This document shows, piece after piece, positions 12,449 through 23,981 of a stretch of DNA of 64,000 nt; position 1 is the stretch's first letter, and each line of letters begins with the position of its first letter. Made by a program: the position numbers and the translations under genes. The notes beneath the pieces were generated by a model. It searched no databases, was not told where the DNA came from, and worked only from the letters and a program-made list of their open reading frames with translations. Origin of the DNA: Mobula hypostoma (taxonomy: Eukaryota); contig NC_086097.1 in assembly GCF_963921235.1 (NCBI RefSeq), positions 63,800,001-63,864,000 of the forward strand. The letters run 5' to 3'.

Positions 12449-13032
12449 CAGACATCCCACCTCTCCCGGAAGTTCCGGGTGTCTCCCGCATATTAATAGT
12501 GGCTCCCTGATGCCCGCAAATTATATACAATGTCCCGGAAATTGATTTTTTTGAGAGTGAGCTTGAGAGAACGCACGAGAAAGAGCGAGAGAGCAAGCAC
12601 AAGAGCAAGAAAGCAAGCACGAGAGAGTGAGAGCGACCACGAGTGAGAGAGCGCGCACGCGGGAGAGAGAGAGCGAGCGAGAGCAAGAGCGAGAGTGTTC
12701 CAAAAAAAGAAAATATGAAACGTACGTTACCCCAGACTACACTAAAGTGTACCCCTGCCTAATAGGGGTCAAAAATAATGACAGTGTTGCTCGCTGCTCT
12801 GTTTGCAACAATGACTTTTCTATTGCCCATGGTGGGTTAAATGACTGTAAAAGACATGTTGAGGTGAGTTTAACAGGTGTCATTTGTTCATTAGCACAGC
12901 TAACGTTATTTAAACTAGCTGGCTAGCTGCTAAGGAACTACTCTGTTGCAGACATCCCACCTGTCCCAGAAGTCTCCCGCAAATTGATGGTGCTACCTCC
13001 CTGAAATGAGTTTTTGCAGGGTGGGATGTCTG
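12449..13032 (+). mobile_element. Non-autonomous hAT-like DNA transposon with 6-bp TSD
   Basis: GGATAC|CAGACATCCCACC...GGTGGGATGTCTG|GGATAC; encodes a zinc-finger-like stretch KKRKYETY...CSVCNNDFSIAHGGLNDCKRH followed by a gtgagt donor. Confidence 0.8.
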
Positions 13033-13850
13033 GGATACCCCCACCATAGGAAACATTCTCTCCACTTCCACCCTAATTCATTCTTTCAACATATGGTAGT
13101 TTCAATGAGATCCCCCCTGCCCCACCGGCATTCTTCTAAATTCCAGTGAGTACAGGCCCAAAGCTGCCAAACGTTCCTCATAGTTAGCCCATTAATTCCT
13201 GGAATCATCCTTGTGAACCACCTCTGGACTCTCCAATGACAACACATCCTTTCTGATACATGGGGCCCAAAACTGTTGATAATACTCCAAGTGCGGCCTG
13301 ACTAGTAACTTATAAAGCCTCGGCATTATGTCTTTGCTTTTATCTCCTATTCCAATTGAAATAAATGCCAACATTGCATTTGCCTTCTTTACCACAGACT
13401 CAACCTGTAAATTAACCTTCCGGGAGTCTTGAACGAGGCCTCCTAAGTCCCTCTGCACCTCCGATGTTTGAACCTTCACCCTATTTAGATAATAGTCCAC
13501 ACTATTGTTCCTTTTGCCAAAATGCATTATCATACAATTCCCAACACTGTATTCCTGCTGCAATTGAATTGCTTTCTCAGCACTACCTACCCCTCCACCT
13601 ATCTCCGTATCACCACAAATTTTGTTCCAGAGCCATCAATTCCATTATCCAAATCATTAACAATGTGAATAGTAGTGATCCCAATACTGACCCCTGAGGA
13701 ACACTGCTAGTCACCAGCAGCCAACCAGAAAAGGCCCCTTTTATTCCCACTCACTGCCTACAGCCTATCAGCCATCCTCTATCCATGTCAGTATCTTTCC
13801 TGTAAAGCCATGAGATTTTATCTTTTTAAGCAGCCTCATGTGTGGCACCT

Positions 13851-14343
13851 TACTTTATACTTTATAATTTATTGTCGCCAAACAATTGATACTAGAGTGT
13901 ATAATCATCACAGCGATATTTGATTCTGCTCTTCATGCTCCCTGGAGTACAAATCGATAGTAAATATTAAAAATTTAAATTATAAATCATAAATAGAAAA
14001 TAGAAAAGGAAAAGTAAGGTAGTGCAAAAAACCCGAGAGGCAGGTCCAGATATTTGGAGGGTACGGCCCAGATCCGGGTCAGGATCCGTTCAGCAGTCTT
14101 ATCACAGTTGGAAAGAAGCTGTTCCCAAATCTGGCCATACGAGTCTTCAAGCTCCTGAATCTTCTCCCAGAGGGAAGAGGAATGAAAAGTGTGTTGGCTG
14201 GGTGGGTCGTGTCCTTGATTATCCTGGCAGCACTGCTCCGACAGCGTGCGGTGTAAAGTGAGTCCAAGAATGGAAGACTGGTTTGTGTGATGTGCTGGGC
14301 TGTGTTCACGATCTTCTGCAGCTTCTTCCAGTCTTGGACCGGA
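13851..14343 (-). mobile_element. Rex1/Babar-like LINE 3' fragment
   Basis: ORF 14079..14348 KLQKIVNTAQHIT...IIKDTTHP...LPSGRRFRS...NSFFP; interrupts CR1-B. Confidence 0.75.
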
Positions 14344-14794
14344 ATCAAATGCCTTCTGAAAATTCAAGTAAATGCCATTCACCGCCTCTCCTTTGTCCAC
14401 CCTGCTTGTTACTTCCTCAAAGAATAAGAGATTTGTCAGTCAAGATTTCCCTTTTCAGAAACCATGCTGACTTTGACTTATTCTATCATTAGTCTCCAAG
14501 TAATGATAATCACCCTTCATAATAAACTCCAATACTTTCCCAACCACTGAGGCTAGGTTAACTGGCTTGTAATTTCCTTTCTTTTGCCTTCCTCCCTTCT
14601 TAAAGAGTGGAGTGACTTTTGCAATCTTCCAGTCCTCCAGGACCATGCCAGAATCAAGTGATTCTTGAAAGGTCATGACCAATGCACCTGTTATCTCTTC
14701 AGCAACCTCTGTCGGGATTCTGGGATGTAGTCCATCTGGTCCAGGTGATTTATCCATCTTAAGACCTTTGAGTTTGCCCAGCCCTTCTTCCTAT

Positions 14795-15412
14795 ACGAAT
14801 TGACAATAAACTGGACTGGTCAAAGAACACTGAGGCTGTCTACAAGAAGGGTCAGAGCCGTCTCTATTTCCTGAAGAGACTGAGGTCCTTTAACATCTGC
14901 CGGACGATGCTGAGGATGTTCTACGAGTCTGTGGTGGCCAGTGCTATCATGTTTGCTGTTGTGTGCTGAGGCAGCAGGCTGAGGATAGCAGACACCAACA
15001 GAATCAACAAACTCATTCGAAGGCCAGTGATGTTGTGGGGATGGAACTGGACTCTCTGACGGTGGTGTCTGAAAAGAGGATGCTGTCCAAGTTGCATGCC
15101 ATCTTGGACAATGTATCCCATCCACTACATAATGTACTGGTTGGGCACAGGAGTACGTTCAGCCAGAGACTCATTCCACCGAGATGCAACACAGAGCATC
15201 ATAGGAAGTCATTCCTGCCTGTGGCCATCAAACTTTACAACTCCTCCCTGAGCCAATAGGCTGGTCCTGGACTTATTTCATAAATTACTGGCATAATTTA
15301 CATTTAACTATTTATGGTTTTATTACTATTTATTATTTATGGTGCAACTGTAATGAAAACCAATTTCCCCCGGGATCAATAAAGTATGACTATGACTATG
15401 ACTATGTCTATG
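14795..15412 (+). mobile_element. Rex1/Babar-like LINE 3' fragment with (ACTATG)n tail
   Basis: DNKLDWSKNTEAVYKKGQSRLYFLKRLRSFNIC... RT C-terminus; AATAAA followed by ACTATG repeats. Confidence 0.8.
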
Positions 15413-18400
15413 ACAATGGTACTCATTCCTGCTCCCTGACACTCACAGACCTCTGGCATACAGCTAGTGTCTTCCAGAGTGAAGACTGATGAAAAGTACC
15501 CATTTAAGATCATCTGCGATTTCTTTGTCCCCCATCTCACCAGCATCTTTTTCCCTGTGGTGCAATATCAACTCTCACCTCCTTTTTACTCTTTATATAA
15601 CTGAAAAAACCTTTAGTATCCTGCTTTAAATTATTGGCTAGTTTGTTCTCATATTTCATCTTTTCTCTTCTTATAGCTTTTTTAGTTACCTTTTGTTGGA
15701 TTTTAAAAGCTTCCCAGCCATCCAACTTGCCACTCACTTTTGCTACCTTATATGCCCTTTCTTTGGCTCTTATGCAGTCCTTAACTTGCCTTGTCAGCCA
15801 CAGTTGCCTACCCCTGGCATTTGAGAACAACTTCTTCTGTGGGACTTATCTATCCTGTGCCTTGTAAACTATTCCCAGAATCTTCAGTGATCTCTGCTCT
15901 GCCGCCATCCTCACCAGCATCCTCCTCCAATCCAACTGGGCAAGCTCCTCTCTCATGTCTCTGTAATTCCCTTTATTCCATTGCAAAACCGATGCATGTG
16001 ACTTGTGCTTTTCCCTCTCAATTTGCAATATGAATTCAATCACTGCCTCCTAAGGGTTCCTTTACATTAAGCTCCCTAATAAGATCTGGGTTATTACACA
16101 ACACCCAATCTATGATAGCCTTTCCCCAAGTAGGCTCAAACACAAACTGCTCTAAAAAACCATTTCCTAGGAACTCAACAAATTCCCTCTCTTGCGATTC
16201 GACACCAACCTGATTTTTCCAATCCCTTTGCACATTGAAGTCCCCGTCACAATTGTGACCTTACCCTTATTACATGCCTTTTGCAGCCCCCTTTGCAATC
16301 TCAACCCCACATCTTGGCTATAATTTGGAGGCCTATGTATGATTCCCATATTGGTTTTTAACCCTTGCAGTTTTTTAACTCCACTCACAAAGATTCAACA
16401 TTCTCTGAACCTATGTCACCTCTTTCTAAAGGTGTAATTCCTTCTCTTACCAACACAGCCACACCACTGTCTATGTCTTCCTGTCTGTCCTTTCGATACA
16501 AAGTATATCCTCTGTTGTTAAGCTCCCAACTATGGCCTTCTTTCAGCCATGACTCCGTGATGGCAACAACATCATACCGACCAATCTCTAATTGCGCCAT
16601 GAGTTCGTCCACCTTATTCCAAATTCTATGTGCACTTAAATATAGAACCTTCAGTCCTGCATTCTTTGCCCTTTTGAATTTTGCCTCTGTGCTACAATCT
16701 ATCTCTTTGCTTTGCATGCATTTGTACCCAATCATGGGCTTGTCCTTGCTTACATTCATATTACACCCATCACCTACTTGTAAACATGCTGGCTCCCAAC
16801 ACCTTACCTTAACCTTACACTTTACCTTAAGCTCTCCAACTAATTGTGGTTTATTGCACAACACCCAATCCAGAATATCTGATCCACTTGTGGGCTGAAC
16901 CATGAGCTGTTCTAAAAAGCAATCTCATAGGCATTCTAGAAATTCCCACTTTTTGGATCCAACACCAACCTGATTTTCCCTGTCTACCTGCAAAATAGAA
17001 TCTCCCATGACTATTGTAACATTGCCCTTTTGACATGCATTTTCTATCTCCCATTGTAATTTGTAGATCACATTTTTACTACTGTTCAGGTCTGTATATA
17101 ACTCCCATCAGGGTCTTTTTATCCTTGCCATTCCTTAGCACTACCCATAACAATTCAGCACCTTCCAACCCTATGTCACATCTTTCTAATGATTTGCTTT
17201 CATTTTTACTGACAGAACCACCCCCCCCCCGCCTATCTGTCTGTCCCTTCTATACAATGGGTATCCTTGGACATTAAGCTCCCAGCTGTAATCTTCTTTC
17301 AGACACAATTCAGTGATGCCCACAACATCATACGTGCCAATCTGTAACTGTCCTACAAGTTCATCTACTTTAATTCATACATGGTGCATATTCAAGTATC
17401 ACACCCTCAGACCTGTATTCACCCTTTTCAATTTTGTCTACCTTTTACATTGTAACTCATCCTGTTGACTGCAATTCTGTCCTATCATCAGCCTGTCCTC
17501 GCCAGCGGTCTCAGTACACACTGTCTCTGTTTGTAAGCCAACTACTAAATCCTCCAGTGTCCATCTCCCTGCCAAATTAGTTGAAGCTCTCCCAAACAGC
17601 TCTAGCAAACCTGTCTGCAAGGATATTGGTAAACCTCCCCTTTTGTATAGATCGCACTTTCACCAGAAGAGATCACAATCCAGAAACCTGAACCTCTGCC
17701 CCTGCACTAGTTCCTCAGCCACACATTCATCTGCCAAATCATCCTATTCTTACCCTCGCTGGGAAATGGCACAGGCAGCAATCCAGAGATTATTACCACG
17801 GAGGTCCTGTTTTTCAGCTTTCTACCTAGTTCCCTAAAATCTCTCTTCAGGACCTCTTCACCTTCCCTACCTCTGCCATTGGTACCAATATGTACCAAGA
17901 CTTATGGCTACTCCCCCTCCCCTTTTAGAATGCTGTGGATCCAATCCGAGACATCCCTGACTCTGACACCTGGGAGGAAACACACCATCTGGGTGTCTCT
18001 ATCATGTCTACAGAATCTCATCTCTATTCCTCTAACTATGGAATCTCCTATCAACACTGCAGTCCTCTTCACCTCTCTTCTCTTCTGAGCCACAGCCCTA
18101 GACTCAGTGCCAGAGACCCAGTTGCTGCGACTCCGCCCAGTAGTCCCCCTCAACATTATCCAAAGTGGTATACTTCTTATTGCGGGGAAGAGCCACAGGG
18201 GTACTCTGCGCTGGCTGCCCATTTCCCTTCCATCTCCTGACAGTCACCCAGTTACCTGTCCTCCTGCAACCTGGGGTAATTACCTTCCTGTAGCTCCTAT
18301 CACCTTCTCATTCTCCCGCATGAGCTGAAGGTCATCAAGCCACAGCTCCAGTTCCTTAATTCGTTCTCTGAGGAGCTGCAGCTCAGTGCACCTGGTGCAG

Positions 18401-18504
18401 ACGTGGTTATCTGAGAGGATGGAGGTCTCCCAGAATTCCCACATCTCATACAAAGTACACAAGAAAGGTCCTGGGGCCATTCTCACTGCTCTAACTGTGC
18501 CCTA

Positions 18505-19155
18505 CATGTACTAGATGGTGAGCATCTTTAATGATGGACGGATGCCTCATACTTGAGGCACTGCCCGTGCTTGATGGTGGATAGACTGGTGCCCATGATG
18601 GAGCTGGCTAAGTCTGCAGCTCTGCAGCTTTTTCTGATCCTGTGCAGTGGCCGCTCCATTCCAGACGGTGACGAAACAGTTACAATGTTCCCCGCGGTAC
18701 GTCAGTAGAAATTTGCTAGAGTCTTTGGTGACAAACTAAATCTCCTCAAATTCCTAACTAAATATAGCCACAGGCATACCTTCTTCATAATTGCATCAAT
18801 ATGTTGGGCCCTGGAGAGATCTTCAGATTGATATCCAGGAACTCGAAGCTGCTCACCTTTCTACTGATGACTCACTGACTCCTTGATGAGGACTGGTACA
18901 TGTTTTCCCGAATTCCCTTTCCTGAAGTCCACAATCAATTCCTTAGTCTTACTGACGTTGAGTGCAAAGTTGTTGCAATGTCACTCGTCTAGCTGATCCA
19001 TCCAACTCCTGAATGCCTCCTCGTCACCATCTGAGATTCTGTGAACAACAGTTCCGATATCGGCAAATTTATAGATGGCGTTTGAGCTGTGTGTAGCTAC
19101 ACAGTCATAAGTGTAGAGACAGTGGAACAGTGCACACATCCTTGAGGTGCAACTG
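18505..19155 (-). mobile_element. Decayed Rex/Babar- or L2-like LINE fragment
   Basis: Similar to 34330-34960 (KTKELIVDFR-type segment on the minus strand). Confidence 0.6.
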
Positions 19156-19360
19156 CTAAATTAAATAAATTGTTGATGCTGATAAAACTTTTACCAAATT
19201 TAACAACTCTTTAATACATGCCTTTAACTGATTATTGTGCGTGTCAATGGATTAATCTAAACAAACACAGTGTGCATAATTAATGTGAATAAAAATTTTT
19301 GGCTTCTCTAAAACTGTATTAAAATATATTTATGAAAAAAATAGCTGGGTGCTTTGTGTG

Positions 19361-19620
19361 GCATTCCACTGAGATGCAGCACAGAGCGTCATAGGAAGTC
19401 ATTCCTGCCTGTGGCCATCAAACTTTACAACTCCTCCCCTGGAGGGTCAGACACCCTGAGCCAATAGGCTGGCGCTGGACTTATTTCCTGGTGTAATTTA
19501 CATATTACTATTTAATTATTTATGGTTTTATTACTATTTAATTATTTATGGTGCAACTGTAACGAAAACGAACTTCCCCCGGGATCAATAAAGTATGACT
19601 ATGACTATGACTATGACTAT
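19361..19620 (+). mobile_element. Second 3' end of the (ACTATG)n-tailed LINE
   Basis: Near-identical to 15172-15405. Confidence 0.8.
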
Positions 19621-20914
19621 TTAATAAGGCTATTTATGTTTCATTTCCATAGGTGATTTAATAATTATTTCTCCAAGAGTTTATACATAAATGCCGCTTT
19701 GCATACACCAGAGTAAAATGAATTGAAATCACAGAAATATATTATCTCATCATAGAAAAGTGCATTCTTTCAAGACATTTATATGTTGCTGTACAAGTAC
19801 CCTGTACCATCGCGTTGAAGACTAAATAAAACTGCATCTTCATGATGCTCCAAGTACTGTTCTGGCAATTAATTATTTATAAGACAGTTATTATTGTGCT
19901 TTCCAAAAGACAGGAAGGCTCCCAGGAGTAGAGATGGAATGCCTGACAATTTTTATCTGGGTGGTCACAAACAAAATTCATGTTTTTCCCAAAAAAAACA
20001 TATTTACACTACATTAATACTTTAAGTATTAGTAAGGCAGCACTTACTTAACACTACATCTGTTCAACTGGAGCAGTGAAATAAATGTCTAGATTGAAAC
20101 TATTCCTGTCTGGATGAGATCCTAAAGCACTCAGAATTCTAAACCCAGATTTTGCAGTGCTAATGTCAGCAAAATTATCGTACTTCTCTGCAATGAAAAT
20201 AACAGTGATATTAGGATTTCTCCTGATCTATTATACACAGAAATTCCAAACGGTTGTCAATGCTTCAGTATTTTCCACAGATGACTACAGCTTTATCACT
20301 GGAACGAAAGATAAGGTAGTCCATTGAAATTTCGCAATGAAGTTCTTACAAACCAGTCTTCTGCTTTGGAAAATGGGGTTTAGTATAATTTTTATGGCCT
20401 TCAGCTGTAATTCACAATGTAGCAACCTCTCTGGATCTGAACACTAATTTCATGTCTGGGAATTATAATTTTTCTGCATAACTTATTCAGAACATAATGG
20501 ACTGAAAAATACACTTTTTTTCTTAGTCTGAAAAGCTAATCTTCCATCTCAATAAATGGCATTGTTCCTTTATTTATTTAGTTCAGTGTTCACTAAACTT
20601 CGCGTTTTTAATCTAAAAAAAAACAGAAATACGCAAGAAGAGAAACATGATTCCTAGTAATGCTACTTTGACCAATCACACTTCTCGGAGGCTGGGCATT
20701 ACCTTGGCAGTTACCACTTCAGGTATCCATAAGTTCTTATTTCTGCACAACATCGGTCATTACAATATGTATTCCCCACCCCCCCCGTATCATTTCATTA
20801 ATACTGGCCTATTAACTTAATGGTACTTTGTATTGAACCTTTGAAACCTTTAAAGACTCAAAACTGGAATTAACAATGGGAATTTGTGAAGATTCTGCAT
20901 GCCATCTAAAACTA

Positions 20915-21910
20915 ACAAACTTCCGGGTCCAACATATTATTCTCCGTAACTTCTGCCACCTCCAGCGGGATCCCACCACTAAGCACATCTTTCCCTCCTC
21001 CCCCCCTCTGCTTTCCGCAGGGATCGCTCCCTACACGACTCCTTTGTCCATTCATCCCCCCCCATCCCACCCCACTGATCTCCCTCCAGGCGCTTACCCT
21101 TGTAAGCAGAACAAGTGCTACACATGCCCTTACACTTCCTCCCGCACCACCATTCAGGGCCCCAGACAGTCCTTCCAGGTGAGGCGACACTTCACCTGTG
21201 AGTCGGCTGGGGTGATATACTGCATCCGGTGCTCCCGATGCGGCCTTCTATATATTGGCGAGACCCGACGCAGACTGGGAGATCGTTTCGCTGAACACCT
21301 ACGCTCTGTCCGCCAGAGAAAGCAGGATCTCCCAGTGGCCACACATTTTAATTCCACATCCCATGCCCATTCTGATATGTCTATCCACGGCCTCCTCTAC
21401 TGTAAAGATGAAGCCACACTCAGGTTGGGGAAACAACACCTTATATTCCGTCTGGCAGCCTCCAACCTGATGGCATGAACATTGACTTTTCTAACTTCCA
21501 CTAATGCCCCACCTCCCCCTCATACCCCATCCGTTATTTATTTATATACACACATTCTTTTTCTTTTTCCCTCTCTCCTTTTTCTCCCTCTGTCCCTCTC
21601 ACTATACCTCTTGCCCATCCTCTGGGTCACCCCCCCCCCCCGTCTTTCTCCCTAGGCCTCCTGTCCCATGATCCTCTCGTATCCCTTTTGCCAATCACCT
21701 GTCCAGCTCTTGGCTCCATCCCTCCCCCTCCTGTCTTCTCCTATCATTTTGGATCTCCCCCTCCCCCTCCCCCTCCCACTTTCAAATCTCTTACTAGCTC
21801 TTCTTTCAGTTAGTCCTGACGAAGGGTCTCGGCCCGAAACGTCGACTGTACCTCTTCCTAGAGATGCTGCCTGGCCTGCTGCGTTCACCAGCAACTTTGA
21901 TGTGTTGCTT
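20915..21910 (+). mobile_element. Penelope-like element 3' part (GIY-YIG + terminal repeat)
   Basis: ORF 20876..21478 with CKQNKCYTC linker and VIYC..LYIGET; close copy of 10742-11655. Confidence 0.9.
21807..21848 (+). ncRNA. Minimal type I hammerhead ribozyme motif, best-preserved copy
   Basis: tagtc CTGACGA a gggt-ctcg-gccc GAAAC GTC gactg: both core boxes, stem I, stem II, palindromic ACGT stem III, GUC cleavage triplet. Confidence 0.78.
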
Positions 21911-21914
21911 AAAC

Positions 21915-22480
21915 TTCTGTGTATGTGTGGTGGCTGCATCACAGCCTCGTGGAAACACCAATGGCCTTGAATGGAAAATCCTACAAAATTAGTGGATGCG
22001 GCCCAGTCCATCACCGGTAAAGCTTCCCTCATCATTGAGCACATCGACCCAAAGCGTTGTCACAGGAAAGCAGCACCCATCATTAGGGAACCCCACCACC
22101 TAGATCATGCTCTCTTATCACTGCTGCCACCAGGTCTCACACCACCAGATTCAAGAACAGTTAACCCCTCAACCCCTGAACTAAAGGGGATAACTTCACT
22201 TGCTCCATGACTGAAATGTTCTCAAAACCTATGGACTCACTTTCAAGGACCCTTCATCTCATGTTATCGATATTTATTATTATTATTTCTTTCTTTTTGT
22301 ACTTGTACAGTTTGTTGTTTTTTTGCACACTGCTTGAGCACTCAAGTTGGTGAGGTCTTTCATTGATTCTAATATGGTTGTTAATATTGATTTATTGAGT
22401 GTGCGCAAGAACGTTTATCTCAGGGTAGAAAATGGTGACATATATGTACTTTGGTAATAAATTTACTTTGAACTCTGAAT
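21915..22480 (+). mobile_element. Decayed Rex/Babar-like LINE 3' end
   Basis: VDAAQSITG...IIREPHH; tail ending actttgaac; related to 47745-48182. Confidence 0.65.
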
Positions 22481-22699
22481 CTAATTGAGCATTCAGGAAT
22501 CAATGGTAGTTCACAGTGTGATGTTTGAAAGATACTATTTAAATCAGGAAAAAAAATCAAAACCAAAGCACGGAGTCTTTATTCGTCCGTTTCCTTTCCA
22601 GCAAAAAGAACACTGCGAAGATGGGTGCCGTAGATTTCGCGGCGCTGACCTGTTAAATAATGCACTGATGGCTCGGAACTTTGCCCTGCCCTTTGACAA

Positions 22700-23869
22700 T
22701 TAGCTCCGGTGTTCCACCAGTTCTCTGATTGGCTCAGGGGCACAAAGGTGAAAGTCCAATTGAAAAATAGCATTCTCAACTGTGAAGACTGGAACTTAAC
22801 CATTAAGACGTCAATATTAAATATCCCACTGCATATTTAGATATATAGTAAGCACATCGCCGTTGTTTAAATATTGTATTCTGAATGAGAGCCTCTTTGA
22901 AATAATCCTGTTAATCAACAACTGAAAAAGGTACAAAATGTTAATGATTGAAATTAAATTAATCTTGAACGCTAGCGTTATCTAGGGGCGGGGAAGCTAC
23001 CAGAGATTCACAATTCAGCGATTAAACCAGTAGCCAGGTCAAACTTTATGCTCTGATAGACATATCGCAGACGGGTTAGACCTTGTTAGTAAGTTTAAAA
23101 CTTTCTGAAGCTCGCTAACTGTCTCCAATATCAAGTTAGAGAAACTAGCTCCGACAGTTTTCATTGGGATAACGGCTGGACAGCAAAGGAGGGCAATGAA
23201 TGACACTGAAAAAGTTGCTTTCGATGTGGTCAAGTTTTGGGTAGGGCGTAATGTCCAAGGGAGACAAGTCAACGTAAGCTTTGGACAGCTCACTAATTAG
23301 TATCTGTGCCGCGATGGGCCGTCTGGAAGTTGACTTGTTTCTTTTCTACTCTAGAAATCCTTGTTAGATCTGCAGTAGCACGATAAATCCGAATACGGCG
23401 AGAGTCACAGAAAGCTTCACCTCTTTGTCACCTTTCAACCAGCAGTCGAAATAACCTAATAAATTTAGTCACGTGAAGTGATGGAAAGTGATTAAGTATT
23501 ATAAGTCAATAATTCTGACAATTACCTTTCAGTTGTTACAACTAATCTAATTTCCTTAATGTTACTAGGCTGAGCAATTCGCAAGCAATGTTCCTCGTTA
23601 CAGATAGCTCCCAAACCGTTGAAGTTTGATGATTTACCCAGGCAAGTCACCTTTTTTTTTGTACGAAGTTAATCATTAAACGCCCCACAGTCAAAGGACA
23701 CGTCGTAGCTTTTTGTTTAAGAATAATAACTGCAGCTCTTCAAAGGAAAACGGGAAAGGGTCGGTATTTATTAGTTGGCTGTGGGAGGAAAAACAACGTT
23801 CATTCTTTATTTCCACCTCAGCATCTGACTGCCCAAACTGAAGAAGGTACGTTGGAAGTGCAGATCAAC
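22700..23869 (+). promoter_or_regulatory. MIA2 promoter region with HNF1-like and HNF4/DR1-like sites
   Basis: No recognisable repeats, CpG-enriched. GTTAATCATTAAA at 23668-23680 and GTTAATGATTGAA at 22940-22952 (HNF1 consensus GTTAATNATTAAC); CAGTCA-A-AGGACA at 23688-23700 (DR1). Confidence 0.55.
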
Positions 23870-23981
23870 ATGGCGCCCGCCGCAGCCCTTAGCACTTCAC
23901 TTCTGTTCCTGCAGCTGATCCCATGCTTCATGATTTCCAAACTGTCGGACTTTAAATTGTGCGGGGATCCTGAATGTGAAA
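23870..23981 (+). CDS. MIA2: MIA2 exon 1: signal peptide and start of SH3-like domain
   Basis: aacATGG Kozak; [37 protein letters not shown]; donor A|gtaagt (phase 1). Confidence 0.93.

Larger units (their letters stand above)
12171..16800 (-). mobile_element. Decayed CR1 LINE (CR1-B) inserted in CR1-A
   Basis: 3' tail at about 12171; RT fragments; APE N-terminus (ORF 16385..16903, AITESWL). Confidence 0.85.

Noticed and set aside
12555..12697. RE/RS-rich peptide in ORF 12627..12926
   Set aside because: Translation of a degenerate (GA)n tract inside the hAT-like element.
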